DNA of 63,301 nt, the filler included, from Octopus bimaculoides (Eukaryota), in the NCBI RefSeq assembly GCF_001194135.2. It is 6 parts of 5 records of this genome, joined end to end, with 100 filler letters (N's around TTAATTAATTAA, not from the genome) between each part and the next. Parts side by side here need not be neighbours in the genome. Positions count along the whole stretch, not along the records: positions 27,723 to 44,821 come from NC_068989.1; positions 44,922 to 52,742 come from NC_068981.1; 4 more parts are not named here. One strand, written 5' to 3'. The translations under genes were made by a program, and so were the position numbers. This document shows, piece after piece, positions 38,666 through 49,692 of the stretch. The notes under the pieces are model-generated. The model was not told the DNA's origin and did no database searches. It saw only the letters and a list, made by a program, of their open reading frames with translations. How positions within the stretch are numbered: the first letter of the stretch is position 1; the number at the start of each line of letters is the position of its first letter.

Positions 38666-39167
38666 AATAATATTTATATATATGTGTGTGTGTGTGTGTG
38701 TGAATGTATGTAGTCCTACACTGCCAATAGATCATATATGTCAACAACTGTTCTCAATTCTGGACTCTTCTGCTTATTCCCAGTTCATTTCCAGTTGTAG
38801 AGCTTTGCCTTAGTAACCTGCCTATGTTTCCCTGAGGGAAAACCTGGCCCTCCTAGATGACGCCCATGTTGAACACTAAGTTTCTCTGTTTTGCTACTGC
38901 ACACACACACACAACGCACACGGTCACACACACACACACACTCACGCACACACACGCACACATACATACACACACACACGCACACACACTCACACACACA
39001 TACACACACACATACACACAGACACACACACATAATTCCCAAAGAAAATCGGCTTCCAAATTATGCTTCATTCTTGATTAGGAGATTCATATTTCGCGTA
39101 TGCGAGTTTATACGGAGTTCGTTTATGCATACATTTATTCAAGCACACACGCGCGCACACACATAGA

Positions 39168-39330
39168 TGTAGGCATGGCTGTGTGGTAAAAGACTTGCTT
39201 CCCAATCACATGGTTCCGGGTTTAGTCCCATTGCGCGGTATCTTGGCAAATGTTTACTACTATATCCCCAGGCCGACCAAAGCCTTTCGAGTGGATTTAG
39301 TAAAGGGAAACTGAAATAAGCCTGTCGAGC
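39168..39330 (+). mobile_element. OR-type SINE head
   Basis: GTAGGCATGGCTGTGTGGTAAAAGACTTGCTTCCCAATCACATGGTTCCGGGTTTAGTCCC...CCTTTCGAGTGGATTT. Confidence 0.85.
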
Positions 39331-40334
39331 TTTGGCTCAGGTCAATACTAGAAACACTCTCTCAGTAGCATTGAACCTAAACCACATGGAGGGGAAACAC
39401 GCTTCTTACCACTCAGCCATGCCTGGTTACTTTTACTGAAGGTATATTTATTTATATTGTGTAAATCGATCCAGTTCTTAAAACAAGGGTTCTCTACGCA
39501 GAACAAAGGAGAGATGTTAGAACAGTAAAATATATAGAATTTCATCTCCTTTTCTCTGTATTCAATGTTGAATGAACTGTTTTAAAATTGTTGAACTTAC
39601 ATTGTTGTCTATCAACTCTAATGCTTTAATACAAAGAAACAATATTTTAACGGTACTTTTCATAAAACGTGATTTTACAAGTATTTATGACAGAAATTTT
39701 AAGAGATACATTATCAACAATAGATTTAATTTAAAGAGAGCTTACATGAAGCAGTAAAATTAAGAGTTATTTTTGACAAGGAATAACGTAAGTGTTTGAA
39801 AAGAAAGTATCCTATATTCGAACAGTTTTACGAGCAATTCAATGCACCTTCTTTAATGAAATGATTGAAGATCGATGTATTTATATATCCTGCAATAAAT
39901 TTTGTTGCTACCAAAGTTATTTGTTGCTATCTAATAAAATAATAACACCAAGGCATCATTAAAAATAATAGTTTTCAATTTTCGTGTTTACAAATTATGG
40001 AACTACATGTACGTTATTATGCGTAACAATACGTAGCATATAAATATAGTTTTATTGTACTGAAAAATAGGCAGTAATGGAGTCGGCGATAGTTTTACAG
40101 AAACGGAATTAATTTCAGTTTCACATTGTTTTCATATGCAACGCTTATATGATTTACTGTTGTCATCTAGCCCATTGCAGGATCTAATCCGGTAGTTGTA
40201 TGTTAAAAATCATTGAAGTTTTCACAATTATACGTGCACGTAAAAAGGAAATAATGAAATATTTTCTATCAAGTGTTGAAAGGAGACTGCTGGTTTAGTT
40301 TTCGAGAAACATGTCTGTTGTTAATATCATACAA

Positions 40335-40552
40335 AAGGTGGCGAGCTGACAGAACGGCTAGGACACCGGGCAAAATGCTTACCAGCATTTAGCCTGCCTT
40401 TACGTTCTGCGTTCAAATTCCGCCGAGGTCGACTTTGCCATTCATCCTTTCGAGGTCGATGAAATGAATACAATTTGAGCACTGGGATTGATGTAATCGA
40501 CTTACCAATTCGCCCGAAATTGCTGGACTTGTGCCAAACTTTGAAACCAATG
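40335..40552 (+). mobile_element. MetaSINE-like SINE
   Basis: AAGGTGGCGAGCTGACAGAAC...GCGTTCAAATTCCGCCGAGGTCGACTTTGCCATTCATCCTTTCGAGGTCG. Confidence 0.9.
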
Positions 40553-41153
40553 CTATAAAAAGCCTGGAACAAACTTTCAATGACATTTAGGTATCCCTTG
40601 AAATAAATATATTGAATGTTGTATCTTCAGCTCGTATTCATCGAACTACCGACGTTGTAACACATATGCAATATTATAATTATTTCAAAATTTCAGCTCA
40701 TAATATTTCACATGCTAAGTGCGTTGATGAAAACGGTTTATATATAGGCCTGCTGGTCAGTCTGTTCTGTAAGTTTATGTCACTTGTCTGCGGGAAGTGC
40801 ATGAAGTTAAAGATATTGTAAAGTCTAAAATTTGTAAGGCATTTCACGGGCAAACGTACACTCTCATGCACTTAAATACGTCCAACCAACTTGGCCAATA
40901 CTCGAGCAAATATGCTCGCTGTCACGAACACACTCACACATTGAATTCGTTTTGAAATATTCTTGATGAGTGCTAGAGCGGTAAAAGATATTCTTATATT
41001 TGGAGATGGTGACACTTTCGTACGCATGGAATTTAATTCGCTTCGTCAATGTCAATTCATTGCTAAATAAAAATGTGAACTACAAAAGTTCTGTAGGTTT
41101 TTCATTGGTGAGTTGATTCTCGGAAAACACAATATAGGCACACATGTAAACAA

Positions 41154-41189
<36 letters not shown>

Positions 41190-43799
41190 GCGCGAACAAA
41201 CACAAAATCACACTCACACATACATACGCACAAACACACACACACGAATATCAATAATATCTAAGATTTCACTCCTACCACCGTTCCACAATTATTAAGT
41301 GACATTACCAAAACGTGCACACGGTAAGCGACATATCAAAGATTTCTTTTAAATGTTCATAGTTAAACGTCAAATGATGCAGTTTAGTATGCATATATTC
41401 ATTCACACAGGCTTATATATGATAAAACAAAAAAATGAAATGATGTTTATAACATATTTAATCACACAATTGCGCGTATGTTAAAAAATGGTAATGCTTA
41501 AATTGTACTATGTATATGTGTGCATGTATGAATTTCTCTCACTCTCTCCCAATATATATATATATGCACACACATATATGTGCACGTACCTACATGTGTG
41601 TGCATATACACGTATATACATAAATATATGCATATGCATCTATGTATAATTTATACATATATGTGCGTGCATATGTATATGTATATATATATAGAGATAT
41701 ATGCATATATATACATATATACATACATACATGTTATTACTCGTTTTATAAACGTCATTGCCAAAACCGAGACTGAAAATCACATTTGTCTTTCAAAGCA
41801 TCCTAACACTATAATCCCGAAAAATTGCTCTCGCTCAGCTACAGTCTATAAATACTTTATGTATATGCTTAACGTAAAAGCAATCCAGAACATTTGTATC
41901 ATGAGATTAAACCCAAATCACCATGAGAAATATTTGATATCCAAAATCTAAGTAGATATTCAACTAAAAACAGAACTTTTGGAGAACAATCTTTTACGTG
42001 TGAATAAACGTTATCGTTATAGCTAAATATTGATATATCCTGTAATCTGAATACTTGAACATGGGTCTGTAAAATAATTTCCAAATCTTATTTTGACAAT
42101 GCAGTTTTTATATTACATAATATATCTATTAATAATCATTGTTAGACATTTCTAAATCATATATTATCAGTCGAAATTTCTGAGATTTATTTAGATTTAA
42201 TCTCTCTCTCTCTCAAAAAGATAAAAGTGCCTTGAAATATGAAATGTGTGTGTTTTGGAACCAAACAGTAAAGCAGTTTTCTTTTTATAATGTTTTGAAG
42301 AATTGACTAAATTTAAAACATAACTGGTGAATATTTTATTGCTGTTCATCTTCTGCTGTTTGTGGAATCAATCATATGTGTTAATAAAATATAATAGTTG
42401 CTTTTGTTTAACTCCAGGTTACTTCTCCTTTATCGCAGATATGATCAAAAGTATTCCAACCATGGTCTTTCCATTTTTCTATTCAGATGCATAGGCATAT
42501 GTACAGTGGAGTGATTAAAAAGTTATCTCTACAATCACACTGAAATAGCCTCAAACCAACTGCACAGCACTTTGAGCAATGTCCTGCTGTAAGCCTGGGC
42601 TGACCAAACCACTGTGATTCAATCTTGTTGATGGAAACTGTTTAGCAATATTCCAGACATTCTATGTTTTCTGATATCTGAAGCAAAAGAATTGAATTCT
42701 TTGGGTTATTATTGGTTACTATAGGGTAGGTTTCTATGTGGTTTTAAGGGCATGCTAGCAGTGGGAATAAATTATAATAAATGTGTGAAGATATACAAGG
42801 AACACAGCAATAAGTGAGGACGTGTCAGCGGCAAGTTAGTTATGATGGCATGTAAATTAACTGCAGCGGCTCCTAATGTTATATAATTCACTTCTGTACG
42901 ATCGCACTCCCCCTTATGCTAAAATAATCTTCATTTGTTCAAACTGTTATCAATAAGGATAAATTTTCTATAAAATCTGTCCTTCTCTCCTAATCCATCA
43001 GCTGTTGCCCAATACAGTCAATATTTTAACTAAATAAAGAAGTATTCCGTCCCTCAGCAATTCATGCTTATGCATAAAAATTTATATATACATATAGACA
43101 CACAAATATATGTGTGTGTGTGTATGTGCTGTGTATGTGTGTTTGTATGTGTGCGTGTGATTACGTTAATGTCGAAAAATAAGCACGAGTGCTCATAACC
43201 ACATTGATGTGTGGTGGTTTCTCTTTGAAATATTGGAGTGTGAAATATTGCTTCTTTATGCAGGGAGGGGTTTCACCCCCAATGTTTAAGATGTTCTTTT
43301 TTGACTGAATGATTTTTTTCTTTTTCAGTAATACAAAGCTCACATTTGTACCCCGTCCCTTTCATTTTCTAGCTTCAGCAATAATGCTCCATAGTAGAAA
43401 CAGCTGTAAGAGTTTAGTAATATTTCACTCATTTATTCTTATTCGTTTATTTACTTTTATTTATCGATTTATTTACTTGTTAATTTTATTATGTTATTTG
43501 TTTATCTTGATTACATATACATATGATTGTAATTAATTAATAAATAGATCCAAATGAATGTTTACAGGCTGATGTTTGTCGATTGAATATCCTCTCCATT
43601 TTCTTACTTGCCATATAAATTCTGAGTAAATTTCTTTTTTACTCCAACTCATACCTATTATTCAATTGCGATACTGCCCTGCAATAGTAAGCACTTGGAT
43701 AAAAATACGTAGGTATACATCTAGTAGTATATTGGATATTTATTACCCGTTACATGGTTGCTTAACCTCTAACTCATATAGACATATATATATATATAG

Positions 43800-44821
43800 T
43801 GAGAATTTACAAAACAAAAAGACGAAGACGTGTGTGTAGACAACAAACATATGTATTAGTTTAACTCTTGGGTAGTGAGAAAGTCTGTTACGTTTCGAGT
43901 CTACGCTCTTCGACAGAAAGTAACACAGAAATAAACAGGATGAGAAAACAGAAAAGAGGTTTAGTGGTTAGCGATCTATCATGGTGAATGCCGGACAGAG
44001 GGGGTCACACAGGAGAGCTGGAGAGAAGAGGAGATAATACAGTAGTGTTGTTTCAAAAACGAAGGAACGCGTGCGTGTGTATGTGAGAGAGTGTATGTGC
44101 GTGTGGAAGGGGGCTGGTAACATTGACGTGTGCGTATGCGTGTATAGGAGTGTGGATGATAGTGTGGGTGCTGGGAAGTGGTCAGTGCTAGTGCGCGGGG
44201 GTGCTGTGATGTGGTGTGGTATGGTGGTGTGTGGTGTGGTGATGTGGTATGGTGGTGTGTGATGTGGTGTGGTCGTATTGGGGTGTAGATGGAGGTGGTG
44301 AGACTGGAGTGATGAATGTTGACCGAAATGTCGAGAAAGGCGATTGAAGTGTCGGAAATAGTCCAGGAGAAGTGGAGAGCAGGATGGAAAGATTTGACAA
44401 AAGGGAAGAAAGAGTCTAGATGTTCACGGAAGAGTGAGGTCGCACCTATATCGTCGTCACTATAACGACCGTATAGTTTAGGAGTGGGGCCAGTGAAACT
44501 TGAGAATATTTAGGCCTAATGTAGCCAATGAACTGGTTCGCATAGTTGGGGCCCATTCTCGTTCCCATGGCCACTCCGAGAAAATGCTGGTAAAAATCAC
44601 CCGCCAACGAGAAGTAGTCACGTTAGAGGAGAAGTTCGGCCAGACGAAAGAAATGTGGGATGAGTCAGGCTGGGGGTTGATTCGAAGGTCAAAGAAATAT
44701 CTGAAGAGGAATTCGGTTGGGTAGTTGCAGGCAGAGACGATGGGGCGGCCAGGGATTTTAGGTTTGTAGGTTTGGGGGAGGAAGTAAATTGTGGGAGGGT
44801 TGCGAACAATGAGGTTAGAGG
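43800..44821 (-). mobile_element. Neptune-like Penelope-like element: RT fragments plus 3' terminal repeat, internally deleted
   Basis: Minus strand: PTIYFLPK..KPKIPGRPIVSACNYPTE, LRLAELLL..DYFSLAGDFYQHFLGVAMGTRMGPNYAN, LYGRYSDDDIG, FHPALHFSWTISDTSIAFLDISV; ends in (TA)n. Confidence 0.92.
43884..43920 (-). ncRNA. Variant hammerhead-like motif in the PLE 3' end
   Basis: UCUGU-CGAA-GAGC(GUAG)ACUC-GAAAC-GUA-ACAGA: stem I 5 bp, GAAAC-GUA intact, 5' core non-canonical. Confidence 0.5.
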
Positions 44822-44921
44822 NNNNNNNNNNNNNNNNNNNNNNNNNNNNNNNNNNNNNNNNNNNNTTAATTAATTAANNNNNNNNNNNNNNNNNNNNNNN
44901 NNNNNNNNNNNNNNNNNNNNN

Positions 44922-45322
44922 TATGGTATACATATTAGATTCCAATACCTTGTGAGTAAAATCCATTCTACCTAAACAATGGATTTACAAATACAAAATC
45001 CCTACATTCACTCTCTGTTTCCTATCTTATGTAAACTAACTATTGCTTAACCATCCTCTCACACCATCTCCGATGAAGGGATATAATAAATATCCTGGAA
45101 ACAGCTGTAAGACATTCTATTTATAAATGTTCTATATTATACACAGCCTTGGTTTTTATCTCATTACAAAATCCTTATATTCACACACAAATATATAACC
45201 TACGTTGGACTCCTTATTCACATAATCACCGAACCTGGAACTTAACTATGGTCTATCCGCAGCACTTACTCAGCATTACATGAAACCTCTGGGTCTAATT
45301 GACACTACTTTTGCTCATAACC
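44922..45322 (+). mobile_element. PLE-type terminal repeat (different family) ending in (TA)n
   Basis: Non-coding, contains the HHR at 45067-45112, terminates at a TA microsatellite. Confidence 0.6.
45067..45112 (+). ncRNA. Minimal hammerhead motif with C4 variant core
   Basis: UCU-CCGAUGA-A-GGGAUAU(AAUAA)AUAUCCU-G-GAAAC-AGCU-GUA-AGA; palindromic ACAGCUGU stem III. Confidence 0.65.
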
Positions 45323-45387
45323 TATATATATATATATATATATATAAATGCATGCATGCGCACATGCACACACTCACACCCACACAC

Positions 45388-45550
45388 ATATGACAAGCTT
45401 CTTTCAATTTCTATCTGCTAGATCCATTCACAAGGGTTTGCTCAGCCTGAAGCTTTAGTGGAAGATATTTTTTCAAGGTGCCCATGCAGTGGAACTGAAC
45501 TCAAAACTATGTGGCCAGGAAGCTAGTTTCTTAACCACATAGCCATACCT
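45388..45550 (-). mobile_element. OR-type SINE head
   Basis: CAAGCTTCTTTCAATTTC...CAAGGTGCC.ATGCAGTGGAACTGAAC...TTAACCACATAGCCATACCTG. Confidence 0.75.
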
Positions 45551-46618
45551 GAATCAATCTGCAAGAAATAATAGCTAGATCTTCCTAAGTCATATTTACC
45601 ATGTGCAGAAAAATACAAACTTTGGTCTCTGAGCTATAAAAAAAAGTGTGTGATGTTCATGGCTGGAATGACTTTGATCACAAGCATGTTCACTAAAAGC
45701 AGTCCAGGAACTAAACAACAACAAAAGCAATTTTTGCATAACTTAGTTAAATAAATGCTTAGTTATTATCAATAAAGGAATTAGTTAATCCTTAGTTAGG
45801 AAATTATGTCAAAATCTCCTTAGAAAACCATGCCTTGGGTACTGTACACCATCAGATTTAAGAATCCAAAAATAAAAATTAAAAAAATTTGATCTAACTT
45901 GTTTCAATATTTCTGACTTATGATGAGGGCTCTCTTTTGGCATAGTTAAAACACTAGAAAAGGGGCTCTGTTCTAAATGTAAACATTAAGATGGAAGCCC
46001 TGCTCTAATTTAGTGGGCTCTGTTTTTTAGTTCAAATATTACGTTGAAGGCTCTGTGCTGGCTTAACTGAAACATAAGAATAAACTCTGATCTGGATTTT
46101 AAAAGGTTAAAGCATGCAAAAGCAAAAATTAATACCTGCTGTGAAAACAGAACTGCAAGATTTACTAATGCTGTAGCAACTGCAGGATGATTCTTTCCAA
46201 AGGATCTTTCACGAATATCTACTGCCTGTTTGTAAAGTGGTTCAGCAAGACTGTACTGGCCCTGGAAATTTGGAAGCAGAGTAACAAGGTTTACAAAGTT
46301 GTAGCATTATCAAATTGTCTACTTTTGCATAAACATTATAAATACTATATTCATATTTATCTTAGGTCAGGAGCAATTCCATCACAGGCTGATAAAAATC
46401 TGCTACTGGTAACTATGTAATGTTATATGGTTGCTGGTCATGATTAGGTAGTCAGTGACTAAACTGGTTTTCTCCTGTGCTTGTCCAATGAAGAAAGTAT
46501 GTGGGTAGCAAGCAGGACTAAAAAACAAATCCTGTCAAAAATGGATGAGTTTCTTGAGAACCAATGGCACTCATATTCTGGAAAGGAGATGGATGTTATC
46601 ATATCTATAAAAGCTGAG

Positions 46619-46659
<41 letters not shown>

Positions 46660-47538
46660 TGATTGTACTTTATGCACGTCCACAAATTAGCACACATGTC
46701 GCTCCAATTTTAGGAGGAGATTTGTCATGACCTTATCTGCATTTTCACCAACTTTTTCTCTCAGAGGCACCCGTGTATAGCTGTAAAAATCGATAAACTT
46801 TTACCAATTTTGAAGTTTGTTGACATGGCGAAGTCAAATCTGTGCGTACGTNNNNNNNNNNNNNNNNNNNNNNNNNNNNNNNNNNNNNNNNNNNNNNNNN
46901 NNNNNNNNNNNNNNNNNNNNNNNNNNNNNNNNNNNNNNNNNNNNNNNNNNNNNNNNNNNNNNNNNNNNNNNNNNNNNNNNNNNNNNNNNNNNNNNNNNNN
47001 NNNNNNNNNNNNNNNNNNNNNNNNNNNNNNNNNNNNNNNNNNNNNNNNNNNNNNNNNNNNNNNNNNNNNNNNNNNNNNNNNNNNNNNNNNNNNNNNNNNN
47101 NNNNNNNNNNNNNNNNNNNNNNNNNNNNNNNNNNNNNNNNNNNNNNNNNNNNNNNNNNNNNNNNNNNNNNNNNNNNNNNNNNNNNNNNNNNNNNNNNNNN
47201 NNNNNNNNNNNNNNNNNNNNNNNNNNNNNNNNNNNNNNNNNNNNNNNNNNNNNNNNNNNNNNNNNNNNNNNNNNNNNNNNNNNNNNNNNNNNNNNNNNNN
47301 NNNNNNNNNNNNNNNNNNNNNNNNNNNNNNNNNNNNNNNNNNNNNNNNNNNNNNNNNNNNNNNNNNNNNNNNNNNNNNNNNNNNNNNNNNNNNNNNNNNN
47401 NNNNNNNNNNNNNNNNNNNNNNNNNNNNNNNNNNNNNNNNNNNNNNNNNNNNNNNNNNNNNNNNNNNNNNNNNNNNNNNNNNNNNNNNNNNNNNNNNNNN
47501 NNNNNNNNNNNNNNNNNNNNNNNNNNNNNNNNNNNNNN

Positions 47539-47674
47539 TTAGGGTTAGGGTTAGAGTTTTACGGTTAGGATTAGGGTTAGGGTTAAGGTTAGTGTTAGGA
47601 TTATGATTAGGGTTGGTGTTAGGGTTACGGTTTTAGGGTCAGGGTTAGGGTTAGGGTTTAGGGTTAGAGTTAAC
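47539..47674 (+). repeat. Degenerate (TTAGGG)n tract
   Basis: About 20 TTAGGG-like units with variants (TTAGAG, TTAGGA, TTACGG), directly after a ~690-N gap. Confidence 0.9.
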
Positions 47675-48092
47675 CTAGAAGGGACAGGCTCCTTATTTTT
47701 TGGTCAAGGCTGTTGGTAAGTTTTCCTAAGTTACTCCAATCCACATCCCCAATGCAAACCTTCAGATCAACCTTTTCCCATGCAGATCTCTAATGCAACT
47801 TTAAAAAAACAGTCAATGAGTGGAAATAACCAATAAACTGATTCCTTATGGGATTTCTCAATTAAATTGCCAGGAAACCATTTTCAGCCAAACCAATTTC
47901 AACGGATTTCGCTCAAATCTGATGTCCATGTTACTTATTTTGGTTTGAAATAAAGCACTTGATCACTTAATAATCCTAGCTTAATCCCGAGCAGCGCCAA
48001 GCTATACTGCTAGTCAAGATTAAAAAAGCCCCATAAAAAAAAAAAAAACACTTGCATGGAAGTTATATCAATATCAATTCTATACTTAAAAA

Positions 48093-48305
48093 GTGGTAAA
48101 CTGGCAGAATCATTAGCATGCCAGGGGATATGCTTAGCAACACTTCGTCCATCTTTACATTCTGAATTCAAATTCTGCCAAGGTCCACTTTGCCTTCCAT
48201 CCATTTGGGATTGATAAAATAAGTACCAGTTGAGTACTGGGGTTGATGTAATTGACTTACTCTCACCCCCAAAATTGCTGGCCTTGTGACAAACTTTGAA
48301 ATTAA
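48093..48305 (+). mobile_element. MetaSINE-like SINE
   Basis: CTGGCAGAATCATTAGCA...GAATTCAAATTCTGCCAAGGTCCACTTTGCCTTCCATCC. Confidence 0.85.
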
Positions 48306-48840
48306 TATTAATTCTATACTGTATTTGTTGGGGCCTGGGTTCATAAAGAAAGCACAGGATCAGGACCACCAAGGGTGGAAAGATTAGTAAAAACAATTCA
48401 AGGGCCACAACAGCAAAAATGCTGCATGAATGACATGACCTGACTATATTTTGATATGATACATTTATCATCACCAATTTAAGACAGAAAAAATAAGAGA
48501 AGGCCTACTGACAGGATTCAAATCATACACCCTTTGTCTTATTGGGTCACAATATTACTGATTTCACAACTGAATACCTGCCATTGCTTCATCTTAAATT
48601 AGATACTACTAGCAATGCAACCTGATGTTGCCTGAGTGTTATGACCTACACACATTGTATCATTTGTTCCTTTCTTGTGGGCAGAATTGGTACAGCTGAT
48701 ATATAGTGAACTGGATTACTGGCATAGTGGAAGTTATTGTTTGTTTAAAAGTGAAGGGGCGAGCATACAATTTGCATGGGTATGCATGAACGTACTTTCT
48801 ATTCTTAAGAAGGATCACAAACTATGTATTGTTTCATTGT

Positions 48841-49692
48841 CTAAAAGGGGGTTAATATGATTTTGCCCAGAAATCAGGTTTTCAAAATTTTTATTTTTCC
48901 CATCCCCACCATAATTTCTTCATTTGTAACGTTTTCGAATTTATTTTTATCCATATAGAAAAATACAGAAATTACGAATCTGAGAAATATATATATATAT
49001 TTTTTTTAAAGTTTAATTTTTCTTTAAAAAACACCCATGCATCACCTACCCACTTTCAAAAAGCTAAAACTTCCCAATGTTTCACTTTCATCTGATGTTT
49101 CATGCAATTGTACTGCAATTGTACTGAAATAGCAGACATATAAAATAGCAGACATAAAATAGCAGACATATAAAATACCAGACCACCACCAGAAAACTTG
49201 ACATGCTAGAAACAACAAGTAAATGATATTATTTCTGAAGAAACTTCCCTGCTTTCCAAAAAGCTAAAAGTGAAACATTGAGAGCTTGCAGCTTTTTGAA
49301 AGTGGTGAGGTGATGGGTGGATGTTTGGGAAGGAGATTTTAGTGTTTCTTTAAGGAAAAAGGAAGAAGAAAATTCTTAAAGACCCTTAAAATTTTTTTCT
49401 CTGTGGATTACCAAGAAAAAAATTAGGAAAAAAAAAAAATGAAGAAATTGGGGTGGGGAGGAAGAAAATTAAAATATTGGGAATGTGNNNNNNNNNNNNN
49501 NNNNNNNNNNNNNNNNNNNNNNNNNNNNNNNNNNNNNNNNNNNNNNNNNNNNNNNNNNNNNNNNNNNGATGAAATCTTAATCTCCTGTATCATAAACATA
49601 GGAATTGGAAGAAATTTAAGAAAAAATTAAGGGGTGGGGACATATTAGAAACAACAGGTAAAGGACAGGATTTCTGGAAAAACTTCCTTTTA
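48841..49692. mobile_element. Long foldback MITE with short internal tandem repeats
   Basis: CATCACCTACCCACTTTCAAAAAGCT..CAATGTTTCACTTT pairs with AAAGTGAAACATTG..AGCTTTTTGAAAGTGG.GAGGTGATG; outer arms match to ~48885/49475; centre holds (AAATAGCAGACATAT)x3. Confidence 0.7.

Noticed and set aside
44800-44940. Neptune RT and the plus-strand pLTR as one inverted element
   Set aside because: They are separated by an artificial spacer of unknown size and their HHR motifs belong to different families.
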